A stretch of 64,000 bases of DNA, taken from NCBI GenBank assembly GCA_965112155.1, contig OZ218098.1; one strand, 5' to 3'. This DNA comes from Podarcis liolepis. Its lineage: Eukaryota. Position 1 is the first letter of the stretch. Every line of letters begins with the position of its first letter. This document shows positions 38,024 through 50,570 of the stretch, in pieces. Below the pieces are notes generated by a model. That model was not told the origin of the DNA and searched no databases. It saw only the letters and a list, made by a program, of their open reading frames with translations. A program made the position numbers and the translations under genes.

Positions 38024-41000
38024 TCTTTGTATGCCGAATGTAGGTCACTATCTGGAAGCCATAAGTTGCTTTTTGTTAAATAATCCATTTAAGCTGCTTT
38101 CCTTGCCTACAGCCTGGGTTGTGTCTCTTCAGTGGGTTTTGGGGGGTGGGGGGGGTGGAGATATTCTAGCCTTGATTCACAAAGCTCCTAGGAAGCAAAC
38201 ACACTGGTATTTTTTATTTTAAGGTGCTCTTCTTTCTTAGTTTCGGATTTTTACACTTAGTTCTGAAAAGTAACTCCCATTGTTGCTGGAGTCGCCCTTT
38301 CCAGTGCAAGGAAACTGCTGCAGATCAGCTTGTGCTCCTGAGAATTCCTTCATGTCTTAATGGAAGGTAAGCTTAGGAAACATGCCAGCAGGCACAATAT
38401 CAGTGATCAATGTGCTTTAGGATAGCCGATTTCTAACATGCAGGTTTCCGCACTTTTATTGGGTATCTAAATTATCTCAGCGTAGGGTCAGTGGGATGTG
38501 GGAACAAACCTTTTTACAAGAGCACAGTTGAAACCTAAAGTCCAGGGGTATGCAGGGCACATGACTTTGCAGGAAAGAGGATTTGCATACCTGGCAAAGC
38601 TACGAAAATATTCCACATACTTTTTTGTTTTGTTTTTAAGTGTGATGTGTCTGAAACCTATTAGTAAGCAAAGGGTTAACTAGTTAAACTTCTACACCCC
38701 CCCCCCCCGTAATTCTCTCCAATAGCAGACAATAAGTAAAAGAAGTGCTGGTTATCCATTTTTAAAGGGATGGGGTTGGGTTTTTTAAAAAAGAAGATGA
38801 AGAAGAAAAGGAAAAGAGGATCAAACACCTCAGGCCAACAAAAGGTTGTGTCAGAGGGCCTTCAATCACAAACCTCCTTCAACAAGAGATCTCCCAACCT
38901 TCCAGAGCAGTAACCCAGGCAGCGCAGCTAAAAAGTCCCCTGACATAAAAAAAGAACAAAAGCCGCAGAACAGAGGTATTTATTGTTATGCACACTCCTC
39001 TTTTTTATTTATTTTTTATTCAGGCTTCTTCCCCTACCCCAGAGAGGGGGGAAAAACTTTCTTTGCATAAGCTATTGGTGTGGGAAGTAATAGTGTTGAA
39101 AAGAAAAGCTTCCTCCTCACATTGCGAACCTCCTAGGTTGTGCGGATTGTGTGCAAGGAACACCTGATGAACGGTGAGGCGAAGTTCAAAAAAGAAGTTC
39201 GCATCCATTTCAGGGGGGGGGGGGGACACAGCAAACGCAGAAGGATGAAAACAGTAAATGTATCTTGAACACACATTTTTATCCCCACTCTACTTTTTTT
39301 TTCCTTTTGAAAATGAGCCGAGTTGTCTGTGCACAAAGAATGTAAATTATTTGCCTTTACAGTGTCAGGTCTTGGAGGTATCTTAACAGCATGGAAGAAT
39401 TTTCCACTTAAATGTAAATTATTAACAAGTTGGAATTTTCATTTGTTTTATCTCCTGATGTGCAATCTAAATAAATAAATGGCACAGTTTACAGGATTCG
39501 CCACCCACTTTCCCTGCACTTGGAGGGACATATTTTATAAACAAGCTTCCTTGGCTTAAATAGGGGTGGCACATCAGATCATTCATTCCTGCATCACTTA
39601 TCTTTGTCTCTGCACGTCTGAGGGTACCCTCCCTTCCCCTTTCGCTAAAACAAATTTACCTCCGGTACTTCATCAAGTTTTGCTATGTAATATCGCTAAA
39701 TAAACATCACAGTGGTTTATTCATAAAATATTCATCTTTCAAAATGTTCCATCCCATCTTCCCCTCCTGGGTTTACCTATGTTTACAAATATGTAAGCCT
39801 TGTTAATGTGCCTTGGCTGGGGAATCATGAGAAGTGACCCTCCTTGAGGCAGAAGCCTGCGATGGAAGGAGTGTATTATTTCAGCTGGGGAGAACAGCAA
39901 AGCTCCGGGATGATACTGATTGATTAAGACCAGATGGATAGCCACACATAGGTGTGACGAAAATAGAAACATATTGCAAACATCCCAAGTATTGAGGTTG
40001 GGGAGGTGTGTGGATCCTGCCCTACCTTATCTGCCTCCTGACAGGTTCTAGAATTTAAGAATGTTAATGGCCACACTAACTCGCGTTCGCCTGTAGTTTG
40101 GTGACACTAACCGCAATGAATCAGGCACGAAGTTATGTTTCAAAAATAAATCCTGGTCCCCTCCCCAATCCACACACACGCCTCATCAAAAAATGACAGC
40201 TGGTGTACTACTGGGGTTGGGGGGGGAGAGAAGGAAACATACTCTTATTTGTCCTCAAATTAATTCACCAGGGCTGATTCCACCCATTTAAATTTATATG
40301 TGCTTAACCTACCCCCACCCCACAGCCATGCCGGAGAAAACTTTTTACCAACAGCCAGAGCCCACATCCTCACCCTGAAATTAAACTTTCTGAAACCACA
40401 GAATGGAATAAGTGGAGAATTAGTGACCTCTGGTTTAGAGAAGAATGTTTCATTGATACCGTCTCGGCTTTTATGTTTATTGGCCATAAATTGACTGACT
40501 CTCTCTCTCTCTGTAAGGCTTTGGTTGCTCTTCACAGAAAATAAAAGCTAATGGGCTGAATCCTGCTCACCTTACTCAGAAACACAGTGAATGGAACATG
40601 GCCGGGGGGACGGGGCGGGAGGAAGCTGCTCACTATCTCCGCCAATTCATTGATGAAAATGCTACTATGTTTGATGAGGACGTTGACCTATTAGTATCTA
40701 GCGCTGCTCCATGGCTTGGGTTACATCTTGTCACAATATTATTTGTGGGGGTTGAGAGTGGGGAGTTGGAATCTCACATGAACCAAAGGTACCAAAACAA
40801 AACTCACATTATTTGAATTGGGGTTTAAATTTGAAGTAACTGAAATGGAACCTGTGGAACTGCATTTGTGCCAAGCGATAGTACAAATTGGCTACTGGAC
40901 CCAGTTTCAATCGTTTGCTCCTTCTTTCACAAATTTATTTTGATAGTGTGTGATGCGGTGCTTTGAAATTATTGCCCTGGGGCAAGGTATGGTGGTGCTG

Positions 41001-41342
41001 GTAATAACAATTTACAAATGTTCCAGTTGTACTGTTTACAAAAATTAAAGGATAATTTTAAAGTACACAAAACACAGCCCTTCTCAAGTTCTACAGAATT
41101 ATTGGCCATTAGCTAGTGACAACTGGCTTTAGGAAGGGAGGGGTAGGAGGAAATCTTTGGAAGAAACAAGACTCCTAGTTTTTCTCTTTCCCCCCCTAAA
41201 ACTTATGTTCTTCTCAGCAGGAAGCCTTAGTTCATGGTCTCCCTCACAGAGGCCTGAACCTATTACGTACATGCTATAAACATCCTCAGGTTTCACAGAC
41301 AAACATTTGTCCATAAAATCTTGACTGGCATTTTCTGGAAGT

Positions 41343-41346
<4 letters not shown>

Positions 41347-41424
<78 letters not shown>
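41347..41424. repeat. (CA)22-CCCC-(TG)15 inverted microsatellite
   Basis: Direct reading; a 30-bp perfect stem is possible. Confidence 0.95.
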
Positions 41425-41425
<1 letters not shown>

Positions 41426-42577
41426 ATTAGCTCTGAAGCAACTCCTGATAGGTTTCTTTATATGTTACAGATAGTTAACATGCTTTCTTCTTGTGTCTGC
41501 ATGAAATCTAATCCTTCTAGCTGAGAATTTGCTTAATCACAAAGGCTACAAATCACTGACTCCAAAATTATTCCGCTGAAGTTCCACTGAGGCTTTTGGA
41601 ATTAATTTGAAACTATTGAGGATGTGGGCTGAAACTCAGCAACCTGATTTAACAGTTCAGGTAAACTGAGTTTGGCTTCAGCTGATGTGCAGCTTGATCC
41701 TATGCCTACGTTCTCAGATGGAGATCTCCCTGGGTTCCTACTGGGTTCAAAGGCGCCTTTGACCCTCCCCTGCTTGTGCCTGGGATGGCAGTCATACAAC
41801 TTAATCTTGTGCAAGTTTTCTCAGCAGTGAAATTTACTGTTTTCAGTGAGATTTTACTCCCATGTAAACATTTGTAGGACTGCAGGCTTTCCTGTAAATC
41901 ATTTAAACTGAAATATTGAGTCAACTTCAGGAGAGGAGAAAGTGGTGGCACTGTGATGTTCAAAGACATTTATTCTAAAATACATTTACAACCTAACTGG
42001 CAAATATGCCAACAAGAAAAACATGTGTTGTTTTTTTTTAAAAAAAAGCAGGAGGAATGCTTGGCATAGCGATATAAAAATATTTGTCCAGTTTCCAAGC
42101 TGAAGATGACTTTATTTTCTTTATTTTACAACCCAGGTGACCACAATTGTAAAGGCTTTCCTTTCTCTCTCCCCCAGCTGAGAAATAAAACCGGCTCATT
42201 TAAGGAGGGATCATTATTGTCAGAAGGATCTTTTGGCTTCGAGACTGTTTTCCACAAAGCTGAATTTCACCTCCCCATAGAATCTTGGAAGTTAAATTGG
42301 GAGAATGTTGCTCAAGACAAAGAAGAAGGAAAAGACTTGTTTGGGATAAAGAAAACTGAAGCATCGTTACTTACACAATGGCACTAAAATACACAGGGCA
42401 TTACTTCTTGACTTTTCTCTACAGGATCTACTTATTTATCTCCTGTGCATGTTAGGTTTTATACAAGAAATGTTTTTTTAAAAATTTATCAGTTGAAACA
42501 TGCAAGTGAGATAGCAGCTTCATCTCATTTTATCTGTACTTGAAGGCCTCAGTATCAAGTTTTAAAAGAAGCCTGCA

Positions 42578-42582
<5 letters not shown>

Positions 42583-42617
<35 letters not shown>
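42583..42617. repeat. (TG)n microsatellite
   Basis: Direct reading. Confidence 0.95.
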
Positions 42618-42618
<1 letters not shown>

Positions 42619-42654
42619 GCTTTCTCAATCACATAACTACATGATACACATACC

Positions 42655-42740
42655 CTGAACCTAAGCATGTGCTCTCAGAAGTGAGTTCCACCAGTTTCAA
42701 TGGGATGTGCTGCCAAGTAAGTCTACACAGAATTGCAGCC
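42655..42740. mobile_element. Old ~90-bp palindromic interspersed repeat (one of several copies)
   Basis: Shares the ..CTCAGAAGTRAG..CCA....TTCAATGGG....CCAAGTAAGT....GATTGCAGCC pattern with about 35931-36003, 41797-41887, 55293-55380 and 62131-62210. Confidence 0.6.
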
Positions 42741-44349
42741 TGTGGATTCTCCCCCAACTTCCGTTCCCTCCGTCCATGATGACCAACATCCAAACGGATG
42801 CAAACACCCAGGGCAAGGAGCTTACGTTGGCCCATGGAATTATTTATTTATTTATTTATTTTTAAAGACCTATGTTCATCTTACAAACAGATGGTCGCAT
42901 AAAAAGAATCACAAAATACATGACATGAGCAACCATTTGTTGTATGAAAAATACTGATTGAGGATGAACCTGGATAAATGGTAGCAGGTGAGGTTGGGAG
43001 TAGCTCCACTAGCACTGTGGTCTGCCAACACTCTTGAAAGCACAGCTTGTGAATGGCCAGAAATGTTCTGCCAGGCCTTCTAGTAAGGGCAATGGGACTT
43101 CCTCCAACCTTGTCGGCCACTCAGTGGTGGTGTGAGTCAAATGCTTTCTCCCACCTTGCCTTGCACCCAGCTCTCTGTTCAGTTTCAAAAGTGGTTTGCC
43201 ATCAGCCATGGGACAAGGGTGGGGAGAAAAACACGAATCTATTGGTGATGCTTACTCCTGCCCATTATTATATAGAGAGTGGTCATACCAATCTGCTTTG
43301 ATTTTGATTCTTCGATTAATAACTCAAGATTGTGAATGCTTTCATGGATATTAATGGGCAGGTGCAAAAGCAGATGAACAGACGATAACCAAAAGTAAAA
43401 GTTCATCTCATGTGGACTTTAAAAAAATATATATAAACCTATGGCCAGGCATGGGTGGTACTAACCCCATGGATAAAATGAACTCTTTCTACTTCAAAAC
43501 TGTAATTGTGAAGAGACTGGGTTATTGGAAACAAAAACTTTTTCTGATGTTATTTTCCTAAATATGTCTTAGTGCGCATGTGTCTTAACATCCATATCTC
43601 ACGTTAAAGGATTATGCATGCATCTTTGCCCAGCTAAGAGCTTTGAAGCATGCCTCTTTTCTGAAAGACAAACCAATATAGCCTTTCCTGTATTCTAGTC
43701 TGTGTACACCTGAAAAAAAGGAATATAAGAAGCAACCCTAAATCTCACTGATTTCGATATCACTTCCCTACATGTCAGATTTGCATTTTAGGGTACAAAT
43801 AGTTCTGTCTCCCTTCACCCCAAACTCTTTGTTCTACATTGTGTACACTAAGTCAGTCCTTCCTTTTGAAAGGCAAACGTAAGCGTCTAATAATGAAGGA
43901 GGGATATTAGGAAAGCGTTCGGGAGAAGGGACATTGTGAGGTTTCTGTACAAACCAATTGTGGAAAGGTTTGCTCCTCTTCAGTGTGGTCCAAGCTTTCG
44001 TGTAGGGAATAAAAACAGGAAGTGGAGCCCCAAATAGTCGGCACTGCCCATTCATGTAACTATCAGTAGCAAATCATACGAAAGGACTGACTTTCTGGAT
44101 GCTCCCACCTTATAATGTTTGTAGATACAAGGTAACAAGCAAATTCAGCAGCAAGGAAAGGAGTCCAGACAGACTATGCTCCTCCCACTTTTTAAAACCA
44201 ACCAATCCCAAGCTTCAAAGCAATTAACTCAATAAACAACAATAACAGGAATACAGGTAGGCTTTGAGGTGCTATCCACTATATTGCTTCTAAGATCACG
44301 TGTAAAACTATCTGCCTGCATGACTATCTCTGGGTGCAAACTTCTTAAG

Positions 44350-45820
44350 GTGGACAGGGAAGGGTGTAACTGCAAGCCAGTTAGGTTAACATCTCTTCTG
44401 GGAAAACTTATGGAAAACATGATCAAGGATAGAATTGCCAAGTGTATAGAAGAAGAACAGGTCTTGCTGAAGAAGAACCAGCATGGTTTCTAAAGGGTGA
44501 GACCTGACTAACTGACCATTTAGCATTCTTTGAGAGCATTAATAACCATATGGGTAGGAGTCACCTAGTAGACACTGTCTACATAGACTTTCAAATAGCC
44601 TTTGGTAAAGTCCCTCACCAAAGATTCCTTAGTAAGCATAGCAGTCATGGGATAAGAAGCCAGGTCCTCTTATGAATCAGTAACTCATTAAAGAACAGGA
44701 AACTTGGAGTCAGAAGAAATGAGCAGTGCTCACAATGGAGGGTGTAGGAAGTGAGATCTTTCAAGCATCAATACTAGGACTGTTGCTTTTTTATCTTGGT
44801 CATATGTGGCATGGAATTAGGGACGAGGAGTCTTTTGTTTGCTGATAATACTAAATTGTTCAGGGTGGGTAAGAACAAAAAGGGAAAGGCGCTCTCCAAA
44901 CTGTATGGATAAGTGGCACCTGAAATAGCAGAGAAATCTCAATGTGAATGTGAAGCCAGTGTGTGGTGATTGTGAAAAATGTGAATTTCATATTGGGGGT
45001 TATTAAGAAAGGGTTTGAAAATAAAGCTGCCAGTATCATTATGTATTCATACAAATCTATGGTGCTACTCTGCTTGGAATACTGTGTTCAATTCTGGTCA
45101 CTGCACCTCAGAATGGGCATTTTAGAGCAGAAAATGTTTCAGAAAAGGGTAATAAAAAAAGAACAACTCTGTTATGAAGAAAGGTTACAACATTGGATTT
45201 TTAATGGCTTAAAAATAAATAAAGGATTATGTATGGTGGATAAAGAGATGTCTTTCTCCTGCTCTCATAATAGTAGAACCCAAAACTATCCCATGAAGCT
45301 GAATGTTGAAATATTCAGGTCAGACAAAGGAAGTACTTCATCACTTAGCCATAATTAAACTATGGAATTCATTACCACATGGCAGAGGTGGGTTTAGGGG
45401 AGAGCGACCAGTTCAGTCGCACTGGGGACAGAGCCTTGGGAGCACAGCGACTACGTAGAATGGAAGGCGATAGAGGGGAGAGTCAGGTTTTTGCGTCGCA
45501 CAGGGTGCCATTGAAATTGGAGACCCCAAGGTCCACCACTGCACATGATGTAGCAATGGTGACAAACTTGGTTTTAAAATAGATTTAGATGGTTTTGAAA
45601 TTAATTTATGGCAGTTGAGGCTATCGAAGACTACCACTACCAGCCATGATGGCTGTGTAGTTCCTTCAGCAGTGGAAGCTGTATGGCTCTAAATGCCAGT
45701 TCGAAGGGAGAGTGCTGAGGCACTCATGTCCTGCTCATGGGATTCCCATGTGCATCTGGTTGAGCTCTGTGAAAACAGGATGCTGGATGAGGTGGGCCTT
45801 TGGCCTCCTCTTGTGTTCTT
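44350..45820 (+). mobile_element. 5'-truncated CR1 LINE (RT domain to 3' UTR), decayed
   Basis: Reads NCKPVRLTSLLGKLMENMIKDRI...NQHGF, then VDTVYIDFQIAFGKVPH, FADNTKL, and KGFENKAASIIMYSYKSMV..LEYCVQFWS.HL. These are followed by a CR1 3' UTR. Multiple stops and deletions are present. Confidence 0.95.
45383..45541. mobile_element. hAT-type MITE nested in CR1
   Basis: CAGAGGTGG ... CCACCACTG termini flanked by CACATGG/CACATGA. It interrupts the CR1 TGGAATTCA..CCACA.GATGT motif. Confidence 0.75.
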
Positions 45821-48393
45821 TCTTTCCTCTCCTTCTCCTTCTCTCTTTCTCTTTCTTTTATGAGTAATCAGGCCACGAATCTCTCTCTAGTGTGTGTGTG
45901 GAGGGTGCCTGCATACAGTATTGCGGAGCTCCAAATTACAACCCATTTTAAATTACTTTATTATGGATTTCATGCTTGCAGTTCATTTGTTTCCTTAAAC
46001 CTCCCACGCCCATCGCTGCCCTATGAGCATACAGCATGCAGGCAGCATAGCAGCTCCCACATGTCTTTGCTGACACAATGCAACTTTGTTTTCAGCACTG
46101 TAGAGCTTTCCACAAAACAACGCAGACTGAAATGCTTTGCAGAGTTGAAGAGGAGATATGGAAGAAATTACAGTAAATACCGTGCCGTCTGCAGTGATCC
46201 CACATTCCTGCCAAGAGTGTGTGGCTCTCCCTTGCACACCAGCCCCACCCTGATGGCCATCATTACGTTGTCGTATTTGCCTCATGATTAAAAGGATAGA
46301 TGGACCAAACCTTCCAAAGGGGCAGAGCTGCCTGTTAAAACTTTGCTCTTTGCCTTGTTAAAGTCTTGAATGGGAAGGCCTACGGAGAAGGCTTTCCCCC
46401 TTTAGTTTGCTCTTGTTAAGGGACCAGCCCAGGGAAAAACCCAACCCAACCCAAATCAGCCCTACTGAAATCCAACAAAACAGAAGCATACTGTTAAATT
46501 CTCAAGTTCCACTGATATCAACAAGATTTAGTTGCAGCTAACTTTCACTGGCTTGCACCCCCTCACGTGTGTGCAGAAATGCAGTATCCCCATTAAAAGA
46601 AAGTAAAGGACCTACTAATCACAAGTAGTTGTGTACCTACATCTAACCACTTGAACTGCTGCTATGTGCAGAAAATGTTGGTTTTGTGGGCCGGCCCTCC
46701 TTTGATCTGTAAATTAATACCTTGGTTTTTGTCTCATAAGGCTAGCTGCGAAATGAACTAACTAGTATTCAGATAGGGACAATAAGAAGATGTGGAGGTA
46801 ACAGTAAAATATCTTTGCCCATAGACTCGTTCATGAGTCTACGACAGGAAGTTCTCCTATACAGACAACTGAGCTCTAGTTCTATGCCCATGGTTTTCTT
46901 CCATTTGGGTGCTACTTCCAAAATATGGTCTCTGTCAATCTAGGGTTACTAAGATGTATTTCATTGTAGTGAGATCTGAAAAACACGTCTTTAAATTCTG
47001 CATGCCGAAAAGTTTCACTGCCACTTCTACATGGGACAATTAGCATGTATGCCAGAATACAGTGTCATATTCTGTATGCTAGAATATACTCTAGAAATAG
47101 GGGAATCAATCATGTGAGATGCACATAGAAGGGAATGAGCCAGCTTCTTATGGGGTAGTTTTAAATGCATAAAGCTGTCGAGAGATAGACACTTTCTTGC
47201 CTAAAGATCTGCAAAATTCTGGAATATCGAGGAACCTTTTGAAATACAGCCTGCTCTTGTAGATCAGGAAGTTATAGGAAGGCTGCAAGTAAAAAATATC
47301 ATGCCTCAACAATCTCTTGCTCCAAGTGAGTGTGTGTGTGTGCTTATGTGTTAGAGTAGTGGATTGTTTTACAGATCTATGACTCCCTAGTGGATTTCAT
47401 TCTACTTTAAGAAATTACAGTTCATCATACTATGCAGCAGATAGCAGGGATATATGCATGCCAAACCCACCGTCTGAACCAGTGATTGCTAAATAGTATT
47501 CTATTCTGCCAATTAATGCAACTTAATTTTAATCATAAACCGAACTAGTCTTGTTCTAATACGGTCTGCCTCACCATGACTGTAAAAGCTAACATCTCCT
47601 GTTAAGGAAAATAAACTTTGCTTTGCTTTGCTTTCTTCTTCTTCTTCTTTTAAAATTGTATTCCTGAACAAAACAGTGGCATGGTTCCCCAATAAAATAT
47701 ATAGTGGTGTGGGCTGAAAAGTGCATGTATAGCAATCCACATTATTAGAATGTTTAAATATTAATTATTCCACTGCGTAGTAAAGATGATCAAGTGGGAG
47801 TGTCAACTAGTTTTCTAAAAGCGGCAATGCTCGTTTTAATCTAAACTTCAACTGTTAAGCAAAAAACTAAAAGACCAGCAAGCTCAGGCTGCTCCAGTAT
47901 GTTTATTTTTATTGGTTTCTACAACCTTGTGTGTGTATTTTTTAAAAAAATAAAAATAAAATCCAAACAAAACCCATAAACCGACATTAACTCCGTAGCT
48001 TTAATCACTGCCAATAAGACTCCAGCGGTATATTAGAAATTACGGCTCTATTTCTTGAAAGCAACATAACTTGGAGGGCTGGAGGCGGGGGAAGGATCAG
48101 GCAGCCAATACAGAAGTGCAAAGTTCAGTAAAATACACTTAACTGTTGAAAGCCCAAATTCTTAGAGACATGCACATGTTTACGTACCAAAAAAGGGGAC
48201 CTAAATGCATGCTGCTTTCTCCCTCTCCCACAGTTCTTCCCTCTTCAAAGCAGCTTTCAGCTGTTCAGAAGTGAGCCATTGTGTGAAAAAATATTGTTCA
48301 GGTGGTACCTTGTTCTGGTGTGTGAGAGAGGCTTGAGAGACAGATGGGTAGACAGATGTACAATGCTACATAAAAGTAGAAAGACTTACATTA

Positions 48394-48395
<2 letters not shown>

Positions 48396-48436
<41 letters not shown>
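48396..48436. repeat. (GT)n microsatellite
   Basis: Direct reading. Confidence 0.95.
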
Positions 48437-48438
<2 letters not shown>

Positions 48439-48716
48439 GCCTTAAGTGACTGAGTGTGAGCTGGAGGAAAATGGGCACAGCTGTGGGAAATAAAGAGTTA
48501 AGCCGCTCCCCCCCCCCCCGCACTCTTCCCTTCCCCTTAGAAAGCTCTTGCTCCTTTAAGATTTTCATAGTCCAATCCGTGAGATGCGGAGCAAAAAGAA
48601 TCACTTTGAGATTCTTAAGAGAAAGACAAAGAAAGAGTGTGCGCTCAGACTCTTAGGCTTCCTTCCGTCACTCATGGATGCCCTGCCAGGATTTCCCACC
48701 TGAGACAGATTGCGAC

Positions 48717-49024
48717 NNNNNNNNNNNNNNNNNNNNNNNNNNNNNNNNNNNNNNNNNNNNNNNNNNNNNNNNNNNNNNNNNNNNNNNNNNNNNNNNNNNN
48801 NNNNNNNNNNNNNNNNNNNNNNNNNNNNNNNNNNNNNNNNNNNNNNNNNNNNNNNNNNNNNNNNNNNNNNNNNNNNNNNNNNNNNNNNNNNNNNNNNNNN
48901 NNNNNNNNNNNNNNNNNNNNNNNNNNNNNNNNNNNNNNNNNNNNNNNNNNNNNNNNNNNNNNNNNNNNNNNNNNNNNNNNNNNNNNNNNNNNNNNNNNNN
49001 NNNNNNNNNNNNNNNNNNNNNNNN
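48717..49024. other. N-run (308 nt)
   Basis: Direct reading. Confidence 0.99.
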
Positions 49025-50249
49025 GTCTCCTATTTGTGGAAATTATTTCAGACAGAGGAAAAGGGACAAAAGAGATGAAAAGAGAGAGAGAAGTCAGTGA
49101 TTAAGCTGCACTATTTTAAGGCATCCTTGCTTTGTGATACTGGGGACTAGCGAGTCAACTTCACTGCTTGCTGAACTGGTCCATGCCCAAACGCCATCTC
49201 TTTCACAGCAGCAACAGTGAAAGCAACCATCAATTTATGAGCTGAAGAAAATAACTATTCTTTTGAGGGTGATGATCCTAATAAGCTACTTTTGTTTCTG
49301 TAGCCTGCACAATACTTTTGCTGAAGAATATACTTGTTTCGCATCCTGTGGAAAATATTAAGGGCAAAGCTAAAGAACTGTTTATAATAGCATAATAAAT
49401 TCAGATTATTGCAGAAGGGTTGTGTATTGTGTGTGTGTGTGTGTGTGTGTCACACGTGCTCTGATAACATTGACAGCAAAAAACCTAAGCAGTCTGGCAA
49501 TGTTCTGAATATCAGATTTTATAAAAGAATGTATTCAGAACCACCATAAAATTGTCTGAAGGCAAGAACGAACTGTCGTATAGTTCTAACCTACTTCTAA
49601 TCTATCGGAGAACAGGAGAGGAGGTAAATAGGTGCACATCAGAAACGACAGCTTTTACATTCAAATGTTAGCAGCCATGGCCTTAGTTTCATAAATCACT
49701 CTTTACTTGCCTGTGACCAGGCCCATCCAATAGGAGAGGCTGTGAAACAAACTGCTCCAACTTCTATAGAAAGGAAGTTTTGCCAGAAATCAGACTGAGT
49801 TCCTTTTGCCTGGCTTTCACCATGTAAGCCATTGTCTCTAAAGCTGGGATGAAAATGACCGCATGTGCAACTTATTCAAGACATTCGGAGTGATTCCTCT
49901 CATCAGGAAAGATACAGCTTCTCCTGATATATCTCATTTTTTTTCTTTCAGTAATGGGCAATGTGATCCTCTCAGTAGAGCAGATGCGAACAGGTTATGT
50001 TAGAGATATGATCGATTACAGACTGAATCAAAACTTTCAAAAGAATATTTGCAGAGAAAAGCAATTTTGCTTCCCCAGCCTTAACTATGTGAAGAATTTA
50101 TCAGAGGCTGCTCCAAAACCGGCTGCCCCTTTCATATGAGTGTGCTCGCCACGCTTTCTTAGCGAGTGTATATGCTAGGTTTTCTTGGATTTGGAACAAT
50201 GAGAACATTTTTTTTAACTCATTGAACAAAGATTTCCCCAGCAACAGAC

Positions 50250-50570
50250 CCCCCGCTCAGCCGGTCACCTATCCTTGCGACAGTTTTTCTTTTCCCACGC
50301 TAACCCTAGGGCTCATTTGCATAAGGTCTCTGTTGTGACAATTAGTTTCAGGTGAGCTGATTTCTATGAAGCTTGCCCAAGACGATACACAAGCTCTGGG
50401 CCTCCCTGATCCTGGGCCTAATTGCGACTGACTGGCACCAGACACAATCACCCTCTTGATGCAGCAAATTGTCCTGCAAGTAGCTTGTTGTGACCCTGCA
50501 ACGCACAAATCATATCATGTCAGACTGGCATGGTAAACAGCAGATAAAATGAAATTAGGGGAAAGACATT
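50250..50570. promoter_or_regulatory. Putative enhancer with RBPJ, octamer and homeodomain motifs
   Basis: TTCCCACG at 50292, ATTTGCAT at 50315, plus CAATTA, CAGGTG, CTAATTG, GTAAACA and AGATAA within 300 bp of unique sequence. Confidence 0.45.

Noticed and set aside
40598-40816. Protein-looking 72-aa ORF with a GC-rich start
   Set aside because: No homology I recognise and no supporting splice signals.
44963-45358. 131-aa ORF
   Set aside because: A remnant of CR1 ORF2, with stops and deletions upstream. It is not a host gene.
10089-49024. N-runs as masked coding exons
   Set aside because: The flanks show no consistent AG/GT boundaries or polypyrimidine tracts on either strand.
10045-49104. 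ORFs spanning N-runs
   Set aside because: They are open only because N codons give no stops.
49880-49910. Hammerhead-like core on the minus strand (CTGATGA-GAG..CTC-CGAAT)
   Set aside because: It lacks GAAA directly after stem II, and I found no convincing stems I and III.
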